This document shows positions 10,647 through 22,258 of a stretch of 64,000 bases of DNA, in pieces. Source of the DNA: Flavobacteriales bacterium. Lineage in GTDB: Bacteria; Bacteroidota; Bacteroidia; Flavobacteriales; TMED113. Position 1 is the stretch's first letter. The number at the start of each line of letters is the position of its first letter. Under the pieces are notes generated by a model. It worked only from the letters and a program-made list of their open reading frames with translations, did no database searches and was not told where the DNA came from. The stretch is from the NCBI GenBank assembly GCA_002718895.1, contig PBGD01000019.1, positions 29,826 to 93,825 of the forward strand. Reading direction: 5' to 3'. A program made the position numbers and the translations under genes.

Positions 10647-11624
10647 TTATTTTTTTCTTTTATAAATTGTATTGATAAAGTCTTTAAGTGTTTTTTTACT
10701 TTCTAAGTTGGAATGTGGCAATTCTCCAATTAACAAATTTATTTTTTGATAAATTTTATGCATTTCTTCTAACACTAGACCTTTAATTCCAATTTTATCA
10801 TATAATAATTTCACTTGATATATTTTATCGTCAAGATCAGAATTGTACAGTTGTGTAAATTTAACCATATTATCATTATCTAATGACTGCACAGCTTTTA
10901 AGTATAAAAATGTTTTTTTTCTTTCTATTACATCTTTTCCTATCAATTTACCAGTATCAGCATATTGACCATATATATCTATAAAATCATCTTGTATTTG
11001 AAATAGTTGACCTAATTTACTGCCAATTTTTTTAATTAATTTTATAACTTCTGTTTCTAAATTCAACATTAATGCAGGGGAAATCATTGAAAACTCAATC
11101 AATGCTCCTGTCTTTAAATCTATCATCTCCAAGTATTCTTGCAAACTTATAGATTTTTTTTTTGCAAAATCCATATCTAATTGCTGGCCCTCACAAATTT
11201 TTATAGAAGTTTCTGTAAAAATTTTTATAATAGAGTTGTTAAATTCTGATAAGTTTAAAAGGTGCCTATATGCATTAATAAGTAATACATCTCCAGAAAT
11301 AATTGCCTGACTATTAGACCATTTTTTATTAATTGTTAATTGCCCTCTCCTAGTGGATGCACAATCCATAATGTCATCATGAATTAAAGTAAATTCGTGG
11401 AGTGATTCAATTGCAGAAATGAGTGGCTTGCAATCAGTAATATTATCATTAAATAATTTGTATGATAATAAACATAAAATACTACGAGTTTTTTTTCCTT
11501 TATTTGATAAATGATAATGAATGGGTGCATACAATGTGTTTGGATATTTTTTTACACACAAATCATTTGTGGCTTCATCAATAAAAGAATTAAGTTTTGA
11601 AATATAAATTGAATTTTTACTCAT
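10647..11624 (-). CDS. Polyprenyl diphosphate synthase (trans-isoprenyl diphosphate synthase family)
   Basis: 325 aa. First and second Asp-rich motifs LIHDDIMD and QIQDDFID. Overlaps the end of rfbA by 8 nt. Confidence 0.85.
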   Translation of the reverse strand: MSKNSIYISKLNSFIDEATNDLCVKKYPNTLYAPIHYHLSNKGKKTRSILCLLSYKLFNDNITDCKPLISAIESLHEFTLIHDDIMDCASTRRGQLTINKKWSNSQAIISGDVLLINAYRHLLNLSEFNNSIIKIFTETSIKICEGQQLDMDFAKKKSISLQEYLEMIDLKTGALIEFSMISPALMLNLETEVIKLIKKIGSKLGQLFQIQDDFIDIYGQYADTGKLIGKDVIERKKTFLYLKAVQSLDNDNMVKFTQLYNSDLDDKIYQVKLLYDKIGIKGLVLEEMHKIYQKINLLIGELPHSNLESKKTLKDFINTIYKRKK

Positions 11625-12477
11625 TTATTAATGAATTAAGGTAGTCCCCATAACTATTCTTAAATTGATTAGCTATCTTTTTCAATTGTTGACTATTAAT
11701 ATAATTCATTAAATAAGCTTGTTCCTCAACACATCCAACCTTTAGTCCTTGTCTTTTTTCTAAAACTTGGACAAATTGAGCTGCGTTCATTAATGAGCTT
11801 ACTGTGCCTGTATCAAGCCATGCTGTTCCCTTATCCATTTTAATAACGTTAAGTTGATTATTATTGTGATATTTTAAAATCAAATCTGTAATTTCTAATT
11901 CTCCACGTTCGCTTGGCTTAAGTTGTTTTGCTAATGAAACAACATTAGAATCAAAAAAATAAAAACCTGGAATTGCATAGTTAGATTTAGGATTAATTGG
12001 CTTTTCTTCAATAGAAACAATTTGATTTAAATTAGTAAACTCCACTACGCCGTACCTAGATGGATTTGCTACATGATATGCAAATATTGATGCGCCACTT
12101 GCTTGCGTAAAGCTTGATATAATATTTTTTAAAGAGGGGAAATAAAAAATATTATCTCCTAGGATTAGTGACACATTATCATTACCGATAAACTCCTCAG
12201 CTATAATAAATGCTTCAGCAATACCATTAGGTTCATATTGAATTTTATACGAAATTTTACATCCCCATTGAGCACCATTTTTTAATAAATCTTGAAACAG
12301 GGGAAGGTCTTTTTGTGTAGTTATAACTAAAATATCATTAATGCCAGACGAAATAAGAGTTGACAAAGGATAGTATATCATTGGTTTATCATAAACAGGT
12401 ATAATTTGTTTACTTATTGAAAATGTCATTGGATATAGTCTTGTGCCAGAACCACCAGCTAAAAGAATTCCTTTCAT
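11617..12477 (-). CDS. rfbA: Glucose-1-phosphate thymidylyltransferase
   Basis: 286 aa. N-terminus MKGILLAGGSGTRLYPMT; the length and the remaining sequence are typical of RmlA. Confidence 0.9.
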   Translation of the reverse strand: MKGILLAGGSGTRLYPMTFSISKQIIPVYDKPMIYYPLSTLISSGINDILVITTQKDLPLFQDLLKNGAQWGCKISYKIQYEPNGIAEAFIIAEEFIGNDNVSLILGDNIFYFPSLKNIISSFTQASGASIFAYHVANPSRYGVVEFTNLNQIVSIEEKPINPKSNYAIPGFYFFDSNVVSLAKQLKPSERGELEITDLILKYHNNNQLNVIKMDKGTAWLDTGTVSSLMNAAQFVQVLEKRQGLKVGCVEEQAYLMNYINSQQLKKIANQFKNSYGDYLNSLINE

Positions 12478-12487
12478 ACCAAAAATA

Positions 12488-13051
12488 TTACACTGTAAGA
12501 ATATTTTTTTCTTTATTTAGAAAAATTGATTCTGCTTTATTTGTGTTATTATTAGTTAATGTTTGTATTCTATCTTCTGAACTTCGTAGTTCATCATCAG
12601 ATAAACCAATTTTATTTAATTTTTTTAATGCCTCATTTGAATCTCTTCTAATAGATCTTAAGCTCACTTTACAATTTTCTACTTCGGATTTCGCTTGCTT
12701 TACCAATTCTTTTCTTCTTTCTTCAGTCAAAACAGGGATATTAATAATTATTTTCTCTCCTGTGTCTTGAGGGGATAATCCCAAGTTTGCATTGTTAATG
12801 GCGGAAATAATTTCTGGCACTAAATTTTTTTCCCAAGGTTGAATGATAATAGTTCTAGCATCTGGGGTACTCATGCTAGCTGCATTAGCAATAGCAGTTT
12901 GATTTCCATAATAATCAATCATTACTGTATCTAATAATGATGTATTAGCTCTACCAGCACGAATTTTTCCTAGTTCTAATTCTAAATGATTTAAAGAATC
13001 TGCCATTTTAGTCTCAGCTAATAATATTATTTCCTCTACTTTTTCATCCAT
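12488..13051 (-). CDS. frr: Ribosome recycling factor
   Basis: 187 aa. Contains LDTVMIDYYGNQTAIANAASMSTPDARTIIIQPWEKN and follows pyrH as in most bacteria. Confidence 0.95.
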   Translation of the reverse strand: MDEKVEEIILLAETKMADSLNHLELELGKIRAGRANTSLLDTVMIDYYGNQTAIANAASMSTPDARTIIIQPWEKNLVPEIISAINNANLGLSPQDTGEKIIINIPVLTEERRKELVKQAKSEVENCKVSLRSIRRDSNEALKKLNKIGLSDDELRSSEDRIQTLTNNNTNKAESIFLNKEKNILTV

Positions 13052-13064
13052 TTATTAAAATAAT

Positions 13065-13772
13065 TTAATTATACACTTTTGTTCCGATATTTTCACCACT
13101 GACTAATTTAAGTAAATTTCCTGGCTTATTGACATTAAAAATACTAATTGGTAAATTGTTTTCCTTACATAATGTAAAAGCTGTCATATCCATTACAGAC
13201 AACTTATTTTTATATACCTCATCAAAAGAAATGGTATCATATTTTTTTGCTTTTGAATCTTTTTCAGGGTCAGCAGAAAATACACCATCTACTCTAGTGC
13301 CTTTGATAATAATATCAGCATTAATTTCAATTGCCCTTAATACTGCTGCGGTATCAGTACTAAAATATGGACGACCCGTACCAGCTGCAAAAATAACTAA
13401 TCTGCCTTTTTCTAAATGACGAATAGCTCTCCTTCTAATAAATGGCTCAGCAATTTCATCAATTTTTAAAGCTGACATAAGACGTGTTTGAATACTATTT
13501 TTTTCTAAAACAGATTGTAGAGCTAATCCATTTACAACTGTAGCCAACATTCCCATATGGTCTCCCTGCACACGTTCAATAACCTTAGATAAAGATTGTG
13601 TTCCACGAAAAATGTTACCTCCTCCAATTACTAGTGCGACTTGAACACCTTCTGTAATTATAGCTTGTATTTCATTAACATATGACAACAATGAGCCCTC
13701 ATGTATACCATATTGGTTTTGACCAGCAAGTGATTCACCGCTAAGTTTTAATAAAATTCTTTTATATTTCAT
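13065..13772 (-). CDS. pyrH: UMP kinase
   Basis: 235 aa. Contains [13 protein letters not shown] and [10 protein letters not shown]. Confidence 0.95.
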   Translation of the reverse strand: MKYKRILLKLSGESLAGQNQYGIHEGSLLSYVNEIQAIITEGVQVALVIGGGNIFRGTQSLSKVIERVQGDHMGMLATVVNGLALQSVLEKNSIQTRLMSALKIDEIAEPFIRRRAIRHLEKGRLVIFAAGTGRPYFSTDTAAVLRAIEINADIIIKGTRVDGVFSADPEKDSKAKKYDTISFDEVYKNKLSVMDMTAFTLCKENNLPISIFNVNKPGNLLKLVSGENIGTKVYN

Positions 13773-13797
13773 GTAATAAGAAACTATTTCTTTACTA

Positions 13798-14631
13798 CTA
13801 TGCTAAATTAACTCTTTTAAAACTGTTAATAGTTAAATCAGAACTATTAGAAGCAAGGTATTGCTTTATAGTTAATTTTGAATCTTTAATATACACTTGA
13901 TTTATAAGGGTATTTTCCTTAAAAAACTTTTTCAATCTTCCCATTGAAATTTTGTCAAGCATTTCTTCTGGCTTACCTTCCTGACGAGCCAAGTCTTTTC
14001 CAATTTCGATTTCTTTTTCAACAATTTCTTGTGATATATCAGTTTCTACTAATCCTAGTGGATTCATCGCTGCAATTTGCATAGCAATATTTTTTCCAAC
14101 TTCTTCTATATTGTCTAATACTTTATTAAAACCCACTAAAGAAACTAACTTGTTTCCGGGGTGTATATAACTAGCAACAAAGGGTCCTTGAACAGTGTGA
14201 AAATTTGATATCTCTAGTTTTTCTCCAATAACTCCAGTTTGCTCAACTAATTTTTCAGCAATAGTGATCATAGAATCAAACTTTAAAGACTTTAAAGTTT
14301 CTAAATTTTGACAATTTGATTCAACTGCCAAAGTTAAAAAAGACTTAGCTAAAGCAATAAAGTCGGCATTTTTGGCAACAAAATCTGTTTCACAGTTTAA
14401 TGACAAGATGGCTCCAACTGTATTTGAATCATTTACATGTGCTAACACCACACCTTCAGATGTTTCTCTATCAGCTCGCTGGGAGGCTACCTTTTGGCCT
14501 TTTTTTCTTAATACATCTATGGCTTGTTGAAAATTTCCGTTAGTCTCTAGCAAAGCTTTTTTACAATCCATCATACCAGCACCGGTTTGCTTTCTTAAAT
14601 TATTTACTTCTGTTGCTGAAATTTTAGTCAT
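13798..14631 (-). CDS. tsf: Elongation factor Ts
   Basis: 277 aa. Contains the UBA-like N-terminus [16 protein letters not shown] and follows rpsB. Confidence 0.95.
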   Translation of the reverse strand: MTKISATEVNNLRKQTGAGMMDCKKALLETNGNFQQAIDVLRKKGQKVASQRADRETSEGVVLAHVNDSNTVGAILSLNCETDFVAKNADFIALAKSFLTLAVESNCQNLETLKSLKFDSMITIAEKLVEQTGVIGEKLEISNFHTVQGPFVASYIHPGNKLVSLVGFNKVLDNIEEVGKNIAMQIAAMNPLGLVETDISQEIVEKEIEIGKDLARQEGKPEEMLDKISMGRLKKFFKENTLINQVYIKDSKLTIKQYLASNSSDLTINSFKRVNLA

Positions 14632-14637
14632 TGTAAA

Positions 14638-15396
14638 TTATTTTTTTTGTATACGTTTTTTTTTCTCTTTATCTATTTTAGTGTCATCTTGACTTTTCTT
14701 TTCTATATCCCTTTCATTCAATGCTTGAGTCAGAGAGCTGGACACATAAGATAAAATTGTATCTATACTTTTTGATGCATCATCATTCGATGGTATTGGA
14801 AAATCTACTAAATCAGGATTAGAATTAGTATCAACCATAGCAAATGTGGGAATACCTAATTTTTTTGCTTCCAACACTGCAATTTTCTCTTTTACAATAT
14901 CTATAACAAAAAGAGCACCAGGTAAACGATTCATATCAGAAATGCTTCCCAAATCTTTTTCAAGTTTTTCACGTTTTCTATCTAATTGTAATCGTTCTTT
15001 TTTTGATAGGGTGGAAATTGTACCATCTTCTTTCATTTTATCAATTGCCGCCATTTTTTTAACTGCCTTTCTAATTGTAACAAAATTTGTTAACATCCCC
15101 CCTGGCCATCGCTCAGTAATATATGGCATTTTCAAAGGTTTTATATGTTTAACTAAAATATCCTTTGCTTGTTTTTTTGTTGCTACAAATAGAATTCTTC
15201 TTCCTGATTTAGCTATTTTTTTTAGTGCTGTTATACTTTCTTCTAACTTCTCTACAGTTTGATTCAAGTCTAAAATATGTGTGCCATTTTTCTCCATAAA
15301 AATATATGGGGACATATTTGGATGTCTTTTTCTGGTTAAATGTCCAAAATGAACACCCGAATTTAATAATGTTTTTATATCTATTTTCATATTCAT
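14638..15396 (-). CDS. rpsB: 30S ribosomal protein S2
   Basis: 252 aa. Contains LLNSGVHFGHLTRKRHPNMSPYIF and a Lys-rich C-terminal tail. Confidence 0.96.
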   Translation of the reverse strand: MNMKIDIKTLLNSGVHFGHLTRKRHPNMSPYIFMEKNGTHILDLNQTVEKLEESITALKKIAKSGRRILFVATKKQAKDILVKHIKPLKMPYITERWPGGMLTNFVTIRKAVKKMAAIDKMKEDGTISTLSKKERLQLDRKREKLEKDLGSISDMNRLPGALFVIDIVKEKIAVLEAKKLGIPTFAMVDTNSNPDLVDFPIPSNDDASKSIDTILSYVSSSLTQALNERDIEKKSQDDTKIDKEKKKRIQKK

Positions 15397-15398
15397 CT

Positions 15399-15785
15399 CT
15401 ATCTTTTTGAAAATTGTGTTTTTTTACGTGCCTTCCTCTGACCTGGTTTTTTCCTTTCAACCATTCTTGGATCTCTTGTGAGAAGACCATTTTTTCTTAG
15501 GTGAGTTTTATTTTGTTCATCTAGTTTAACTAAAGCTCTCGCAATACCGAGACGTATAGCTTCCGCCTGACCTGTTAACCCGCCACCAAAAACATTAACC
15601 CAAATATCAAAATCTTTAGATTTACCTATTAAGTTTTGTGATTGTTCTAATTTGTATTGTAGAAGAATTGTAGGAAAATAATCTTTGTAATCTTTATTAT
15701 TAATTTGAATCTTTCCTTTTCCTGATTTTAAATACACCCTAGCTACAGAGTGTTTTCTTCTTCCTATTGCGTGAATTTTATCCAT
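15399..15785 (-). CDS. rpsI: 30S ribosomal protein S9
   Basis: 128 aa. Contains GGGLTGQAEAIRLGIARAL and ends in ...KR. Confidence 0.96.
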   Translation of the reverse strand: MDKIHAIGRRKHSVARVYLKSGKGKIQINNKDYKDYFPTILLQYKLEQSQNLIGKSKDFDIWVNVFGGGLTGQAEAIRLGIARALVKLDEQNKTHLRKNGLLTRDPRMVERKKPGQRKARKKTQFSKR

Positions 15786-15790
15786 GTTTG

Positions 15791-16252
15791 TTATTTAATA
15801 TCTTCAAGTTTAATTAATTGAGGCTTTTGAGCTTCTTGGTTATGCTCACTTCCTGAGTACACATATAAATTCTTATATAGAGAACGTCCAAGTCTATTTT
15901 TAGGTAACATCCCCTTAACAGCTTTTTCAACTAAACGCGTTGGATGCTTTTCAATTAAATCTTTCGCAAGAATTGACTTACGACCGCCAGGATAACCTGT
16001 ATGACTTATATACTCTTTTGAATTCATTTTATCACCAGAAAGTTTAATTTTTTCTGCATTTATTACAACCACATTATCACCACAATCTAAATGTGGGGTG
16101 TAATATGGTTTGTGCTTACCACGGATAATTTTTGCAACTTTAGAGGCCATTCGACCCAACAAGACACCACTTGCATCAACAAGCAACCAACTCTTTTTAA
16201 TTTCTGCTATTTTAACAGACCTAGTTATATCATTACTCTTGCTTAATTTCAT
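15791..16252 (-). CDS. rplM: 50S ribosomal protein L13
   Basis: 153 aa. Contains SWLLVDASGVLLGRMASKVAKIIRGKHKPYYTPHLDCGDNVVVINAEKI. Confidence 0.96.
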   Translation of the reverse strand: MKLSKSNDITRSVKIAEIKKSWLLVDASGVLLGRMASKVAKIIRGKHKPYYTPHLDCGDNVVVINAEKIKLSGDKMNSKEYISHTGYPGGRKSILAKDLIEKHPTRLVEKAVKGMLPKNRLGRSLYKNLYVYSGSEHNQEAQKPQLIKLEDIK

Positions 16253-16334
16253 TACTCAATTTTTTAAAAAAATTACTCCACATTTTGAATTATAAAATAT
16301 TATACTAAAAAGTAAAATATTTCAAAATGGTTTG

Positions 16335-16365
16335 CAAATTTAACATTTTTTCATTCACAATCAAT
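16335..16365 (-). promoter_or_regulatory. Candidate promoter TTG-N19-TAAATTTG for the rplM-rpsI-rpsB-tsf... block
   Basis: The minus strand has a perfect TAnnTTTG (plus strand caaattta, 16335-16342) with ATTG ending 19 nt upstream. This predicts a leader of about 75 nt. Confidence 0.4.
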
Positions 16366-16398
16366 AAACTTATTTCTTTTTTATAATAAGATGTATTC

Positions 16399-17580
16399 TT
16401 AAATTATTTCTAGATCTTGACCAACAATTCTAAATGCATCTATTGCTCGTTCTAATTGATCTAATGAATGAGCAGCGGAAATTTGAACTCTAATTCGCGC
16501 AAGATTTTTAGGGACTACAGGGTAAAAAAAGCCGATAACATATATTCCTTTATCTAATAATTTATTTGCAAATTCTTGCGCTAATTTAGCATCATATAAC
16601 ATGAGAGGTATAATGGGATGCTCACCTGGAAGCACATCAAAACCTAAATTTTCTAACGAAGATCTAAAGTATCTAGTGTTTGAATTAAGTTGATCTCTTA
16701 AATCACTTGATTTGTCTAAAAGTTCAAATGCTTTAATACTTGCCGTAACAATTGATGGAGCTAATGAATTAGAGAAGAGATAAGGTCTAGATTTTTGACG
16801 TAGTAATTCAATAATTTCCCTTTTTGAACTTGTAAATCCACCCATTGCCCCGCCCATAGCCTTTCCTAAAGTTCCAGTTATTATATCTACTCTATTCAAA
16901 ACATTACAATACTCAGCTGAACCTCGACCCTCAGGTCCAATAAAACCCGTTGCATGACAATCATCTACCATAACAAGAGCAGAATATTTATCTGCTAAAT
17001 CACATATTTTATCTAACCTAGCTATGGAGCCATCCATTGAAAAAACTCCGTCAGTGACAATTAATTTGATAGACTGACTTTTTGCTTCTTCTAATTTCAA
17101 TTCCAAATCGTTCATATCAGAATTTTTATATCTGTATCTTTGTGCCTTACACAGTCTTATACCGTCAATAATAGAAGCATGATTTAGTTCATCAGATATA
17201 ATTGCATCATCCGGACCTAACAATGGCTCAAAAAGTCCACCATTCGCATCAAAAGCTGCGGCATAGAGGATAGTGTCATCCTTAGATAAAAAATTTGAAA
17301 TTTTTAATTCTAACTGTTTGTGAATATCTTGAGTTCCACATATAAACCTAACAGAGGACATGCCAAAACCATGCAAATCTAATCCAGATTTTGCAGCCCG
17401 AATTATTTCAGGATGAGACGATAATCCTAGATAATTATTAGAGCATAAATTAATAACCTGGTGGTTTTTAACAGTTATTTCAGAAGACTGAGCTGACTTA
17501 ATTAATCTTTCAGATTTATATAAACCATCATTCTTAATTTTCATTATTTGATTAGCAAACTGTTTTATTGCAGGCTTCAT
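16399..17580 (-). CDS. kbl: Glycine C-acetyltransferase (2-amino-3-ketobutyrate CoA ligase)
   Basis: 393 aa. Contains [22 protein letters not shown] and the PLP-lysine region GTLGKAMGG. Confidence 0.85.
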   Translation of the reverse strand: MKPAIKQFANQIMKIKNDGLYKSERLIKSAQSSEITVKNHQVINLCSNNYLGLSSHPEIIRAAKSGLDLHGFGMSSVRFICGTQDIHKQLELKISNFLSKDDTILYAAAFDANGGLFEPLLGPDDAIISDELNHASIIDGIRLCKAQRYRYKNSDMNDLELKLEEAKSQSIKLIVTDGVFSMDGSIARLDKICDLADKYSALVMVDDCHATGFIGPEGRGSAEYCNVLNRVDIITGTLGKAMGGAMGGFTSSKREIIELLRQKSRPYLFSNSLAPSIVTASIKAFELLDKSSDLRDQLNSNTRYFRSSLENLGFDVLPGEHPIIPLMLYDAKLAQEFANKLLDKGIYVIGFFYPVVPKNLARIRVQISAAHSLDQLERAIDAFRIVGQDLEII

Positions 17581-17595
17581 ATTCTGTTTTTTAAA

Positions 17596-18930
<1,335 letters not shown>

Positions 18931-19028
18931 CTAATTATTATTGAGTTTTTAAATAACATTATTGATTTTGATTAACAAATCTAAGTATTATTTTGATAAA
19001 ACATACTGAAATTAATAAAGTTTAAAAT

Positions 19029-21512
19029 ATGATTATATTTACTGCTAATTATAAACGATTTTTAATGAAAAAGCTTGTTATTTTTATTTTATTATTTGTA
19101 CATCACCTAACATTCTCTCAAACCACAATTTTATCAGGAAAGATTATTGATTCAAAAGACAAATCCCCTCTCATAGGAGTTAATATCTCCGTCAATTCTA
19201 GCTATGGAACAGCTAGTGATTTCAATGGTGAATATACAATAGAACTGAATAACGGTGAGAACGCTATAAATTTTCAATATATAGGTTATGAAACACAGAA
19301 GCTCATTATTGATGCAGAATCTGGGCAAAACTACATAAAAAACATATCACTTAACAGTACTTCCACAGAAATGGATTTGGTTGTAGTTTCTGCAGGTAAA
19401 TTTGAACAAAAACTTGAGGAGGTTACCGTTTCAATGGATGTAATAAAACCTTCACTAATTGAAAACAAGAACTCAACTGATCTAGAAGTATTAATGAATC
19501 AAAGTCCAGGGGTCCAGGTCGTAGATGGCCAAGCTAATATTAGGGGTGGAAGCGGTTGGAGTTACAATACTGGTAGTAGAGTGTTGGTTATGATTGATGA
19601 CATGCCATTACTGAGCGGAGATAGAGGAACAGTAAACTGGAACATGATTCCAATGGAAAACATCTCTCAAATTGAAGTTATAAAAGGTGCTTCTTCTGTA
19701 CTATTTGGATCTTCAGCCATGAATGGAGTTATCAATGTTCGAACAGCTTATCCTAAGGGAGAACCCGAAACTAAAGTCGCATTATTTTCAGGAATTTATG
19801 ATCGTCCATCTAGAGATGGCTTACACTGGTGGGGAGACGACACAAGAAGCTTTCAAGGAATGTCTTTCAGTTATGCTCAACAAAAAAATAACACTGGTAT
19901 TGTTTTCGGGGGAAATATTTATTCTAATGACGGCTATCGTGGCGGATATGTAACTAATACTGAATCAAGTAAGTTTCCAGGTGCATTGCCAGTTAGTGAG
20001 AAGTGGGCAAGATTCAATTTCAATAGTCATCATAATTCAAAAAAAATATCTGGCTTATCATATGGATTAAACGCAAATGTTACTTATTTACACCAATTTC
20101 AATCACTGATCTTTCAAAATGATGAAATAGGTTACACGCCTATCGGTGTACCAGACGGATCAAAGCCAGCATTATTTACTCAATTTATGCTCAATGTGGA
20201 TCCTTTTATAAAATTCCGTAATACAAATAATAATACTCTGCACTCATATAAATCTAGATTCTATCGAGATAACCATGCTCCATTTTTATCTGAAAGAGCA
20301 TTTTCCGATGTTGTTTTTCAAGAATATCAATTCCAAAAAACAAGACCAGAATATAAATTTAAAAAACCAAATCGCAAACAAGTTTTCACCATCGGTCTTG
20401 CTTCAAATTATGTTAAAGGAGATTATAAAGATGTATATGGTCATGATATGATATACAATGGTCAACTACAAGAATATACTGCTATAGATGCACCAGAAAT
20501 AAAGCAATTATTTAATTATAGCTTATATGGACAATATGATCTTAAATTTAATAAATTGAATGTATCATTAGGAACACGACTTGAGCATTTTAATTCCTAT
20601 AAAGACAATTATTTAGTTCCTGTAATTAGATCTGGTATAAATTATCAATTACTTAAAGGTACTTTTTTAAGGAGTTCGTTTGGACAGGGTTATAGATATC
20701 CAACAATAATGGAAATGTTTGTTGAAACAGACTATGACCCTATGTATATATATCCCAATCCTGACTTAGATCCAGAATCAGGTTGGAGTGCTGAACTTGG
20801 TATTAAACAGTTGATAAAAATTGGAGAATGGAAAGGCATGATTGATTTAGCTGGCTTTATTATGCACTATGATGATATGATTGAATTTAGTTTTGGCAAT
20901 TGGGGTGCTCCAACAGACGGTTTAGTAGGATTTGGTTTTAAATGTATAAATATAGGTGCAACTGAAATTAGTGGTTTTGAATTTTCTTTAATGGGAGAGG
21001 GTAAAATTGGAATTGTAGATGTTACATTATTAGGTAGTTATACAAAAGTTAATCCAATTATTTTAGACCCTGAGGCTTCTTATGGAAAATTTTATGTTTT
21101 GGGTATCGAAAATGATATTAACTATATTAACTCAAGCTATGACCAAAGTGGAGTGTTAAAATATAGGCATGAAAACATTTTAAAGTTTGATGTAAACTTA
21201 GATTATAAACGTATCATGACGGGATTAAGCTTCAGATATAATAGTCTTATGAGAAACATGGATTTAGTATTTGGATCTGACCAATTTAATGGCGGATCAG
21301 GACCTGGCGCAGTAGATATTGGTATTTTAGATTCTAGAGAAAGAATGTTAAATGGAGATAAAATTATTGACTTTAGAATTGGTTATCACATTAATGATGA
21401 ACTTACGTTTTCTTTGATAGTTGATAATCTTTTAAATAGGGAATATCAACATAGGCCTGCTGATTTAGGACCACCAAGAGCGTTTACAATTAAATTAAAC
21501 GCTAAAATATAA
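19029..21512 (+). CDS. TonB-dependent receptor (CarboxypepD_reg-like domain + plug + barrel), substrate unknown
   Basis: 827 aa. The likely true start is M13 (19065), giving signal peptide MKKLVIFILLFVHHLTFSQ. Contains GKIIDSKDKSPLIGVNISV and the plug motif ISQIEVIKGASSVLFGSSAMNGVINVRT. Confidence 0.88.
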   Translation: MIIFTANYKRFLMKKLVIFILLFVHHLTFSQTTILSGKIIDSKDKSPLIGVNISVNSSYGTASDFNGEYTIELNNGENAINFQYIGYETQKLIIDAESGQNYIKNISLNSTSTEMDLVVVSAGKFEQKLEEVTVSMDVIKPSLIENKNSTDLEVLMNQSPGVQVVDGQANIRGGSGWSYNTGSRVLVMIDDMPLLSGDRGTVNWNMIPMENISQIEVIKGASSVLFGSSAMNGVINVRTAYPKGEPETKVALFSGIYDRPSRDGLHWWGDDTRSFQGMSFSYAQQKNNTGIVFGGNIYSNDGYRGGYVTNTESSKFPGALPVSEKWARFNFNSHHNSKKISGLSYGLNANVTYLHQFQSLIFQNDEIGYTPIGVPDGSKPALFTQFMLNVDPFIKFRNTNNNTLHSYKSRFYRDNHAPFLSERAFSDVVFQEYQFQKTRPEYKFKKPNRKQVFTIGLASNYVKGDYKDVYGHDMIYNGQLQEYTAIDAPEIKQLFNYSLYGQYDLKFNKLNVSLGTRLEHFNSYKDNYLVPVIRSGINYQLLKGTFLRSSFGQGYRYPTIMEMFVETDYDPMYIYPNPDLDPESGWSAELGIKQLIKIGEWKGMIDLAGFIMHYDDMIEFSFGNWGAPTDGLVGFGFKCINIGATEISGFEFSLMGEGKIGIVDVTLLGSYTKVNPIILDPEASYGKFYVLGIENDINYINSSYDQSGVLKYRHENILKFDVNLDYKRIMTGLSFRYNSLMRNMDLVFGSDQFNGGSGPGAVDIGILDSRERMLNGDKIIDFRIGYHINDELTFSLIVDNLLNREYQHRPADLGPPRAFTIKLNAKI

Positions 21513-21513
21513 A

Positions 21514-22218
21514 ATGAAAACTGTTGGAATAATCCCTGCTCGTTATAATTCTTCAAGAATAATTAACAAGCCACTTATAAAAATTAACAACAAAACTTTA
21601 ATACAATGTACATATGAAGCTGTAATTGATGCAAAAATATTTGACTCTGTGTACTTAACAACAGATTCTAAAAAAATTCAAAGAGTGGCAGAAAGTTTCG
21701 GTGGTCAATGTATTATTACTTCTAAAAAACACAGAAATGGGACTGAGAGGTGCGCGCAAGTTATTAAATCAATAGGGGATATTGATGCAGAGGATTTAAT
21801 TGTAAATATACAATGTGATGAGCCATATTTAAAAAAAATACACTTTAAAAAAATTTTATCACTATTTGAAAAAAATGTAGAAATTGGCACCTTAATTTGT
21901 CCCCTTAATGATGATGAAATAAAAGATAGTTCTGTCGTAAAAGTTAAAATTAATAATGAAAATTGTGCTAAATATTTTAAAAGAAAAGTAATAAAAGAAA
22001 ATAAATTATATAAACACATCGGAGTTTATGCATACAAAACAAAAACACTTCAACAAATTTGTCAACTTCCTGTATTAGAAAAGGAAATAAATCAGTCGTT
22101 AGAACAATTGAGATGGCTCCTGAGTGGTTATAAAATTTATTGCGCATTAATTAAAGATAATTTAACATCAATAAATACCTACGAGGATATTAAAAAAATT
22201 ACTAAAAAATCACTATAA
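21514..22218 (+). CDS. kdsB: 3-deoxy-manno-octulosonate cytidylyltransferase (CMP-Kdo synthetase)
   Basis: 234 aa. Contains GIIPARYNSSRIINKPL and NIQCDEP. Starts 1 nt after the receptor's stop codon. Confidence 0.88.
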   Translation: MKTVGIIPARYNSSRIINKPLIKINNKTLIQCTYEAVIDAKIFDSVYLTTDSKKIQRVAESFGGQCIITSKKHRNGTERCAQVIKSIGDIDAEDLIVNIQCDEPYLKKIHFKKILSLFEKNVEIGTLICPLNDDEIKDSSVVKVKINNENCAKYFKRKVIKENKLYKHIGVYAYKTKTLQQICQLPVLEKEINQSLEQLRWLLSGYKIYCALIKDNLTSINTYEDIKKITKKSL

Positions 22219-22258
22219 ATTTTTTTATTGTCTATATTTATAGGTTAGTAATCGTGAA

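Noticed and set aside
14846-15262. A 138-aa ORF antisense to rpsB. Similar long antisense ORFs occur at 12417-12770, 13129-13419, 21705-22019, 23287-23640, 25755-26111, 8617-8943 and 4361-4600.
   Set aside because: All lie fully inside strongly recognisable genes on the other strand. Their translations are low-complexity Ser/Phe/Ile/Leu strings with no motifs. For the rpsB case I worked out the frame: an antisense stop requires a sense Tyr, His or Gln codon preceded by a T- or C-ending codon, and these are rare in that protein. I treat them as shadow ORFs.
16233-16283. A 16-codon upstream ORF (MWSNFFKKLSNEIKQE) in the predicted rplM leader, overlapping the rplM start out of frame.
   Set aside because: It is short and AT-rich, so it is easily produced by chance. 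I cannot show conservation or a structure. It would only be worth revisiting if leader conservation were found.
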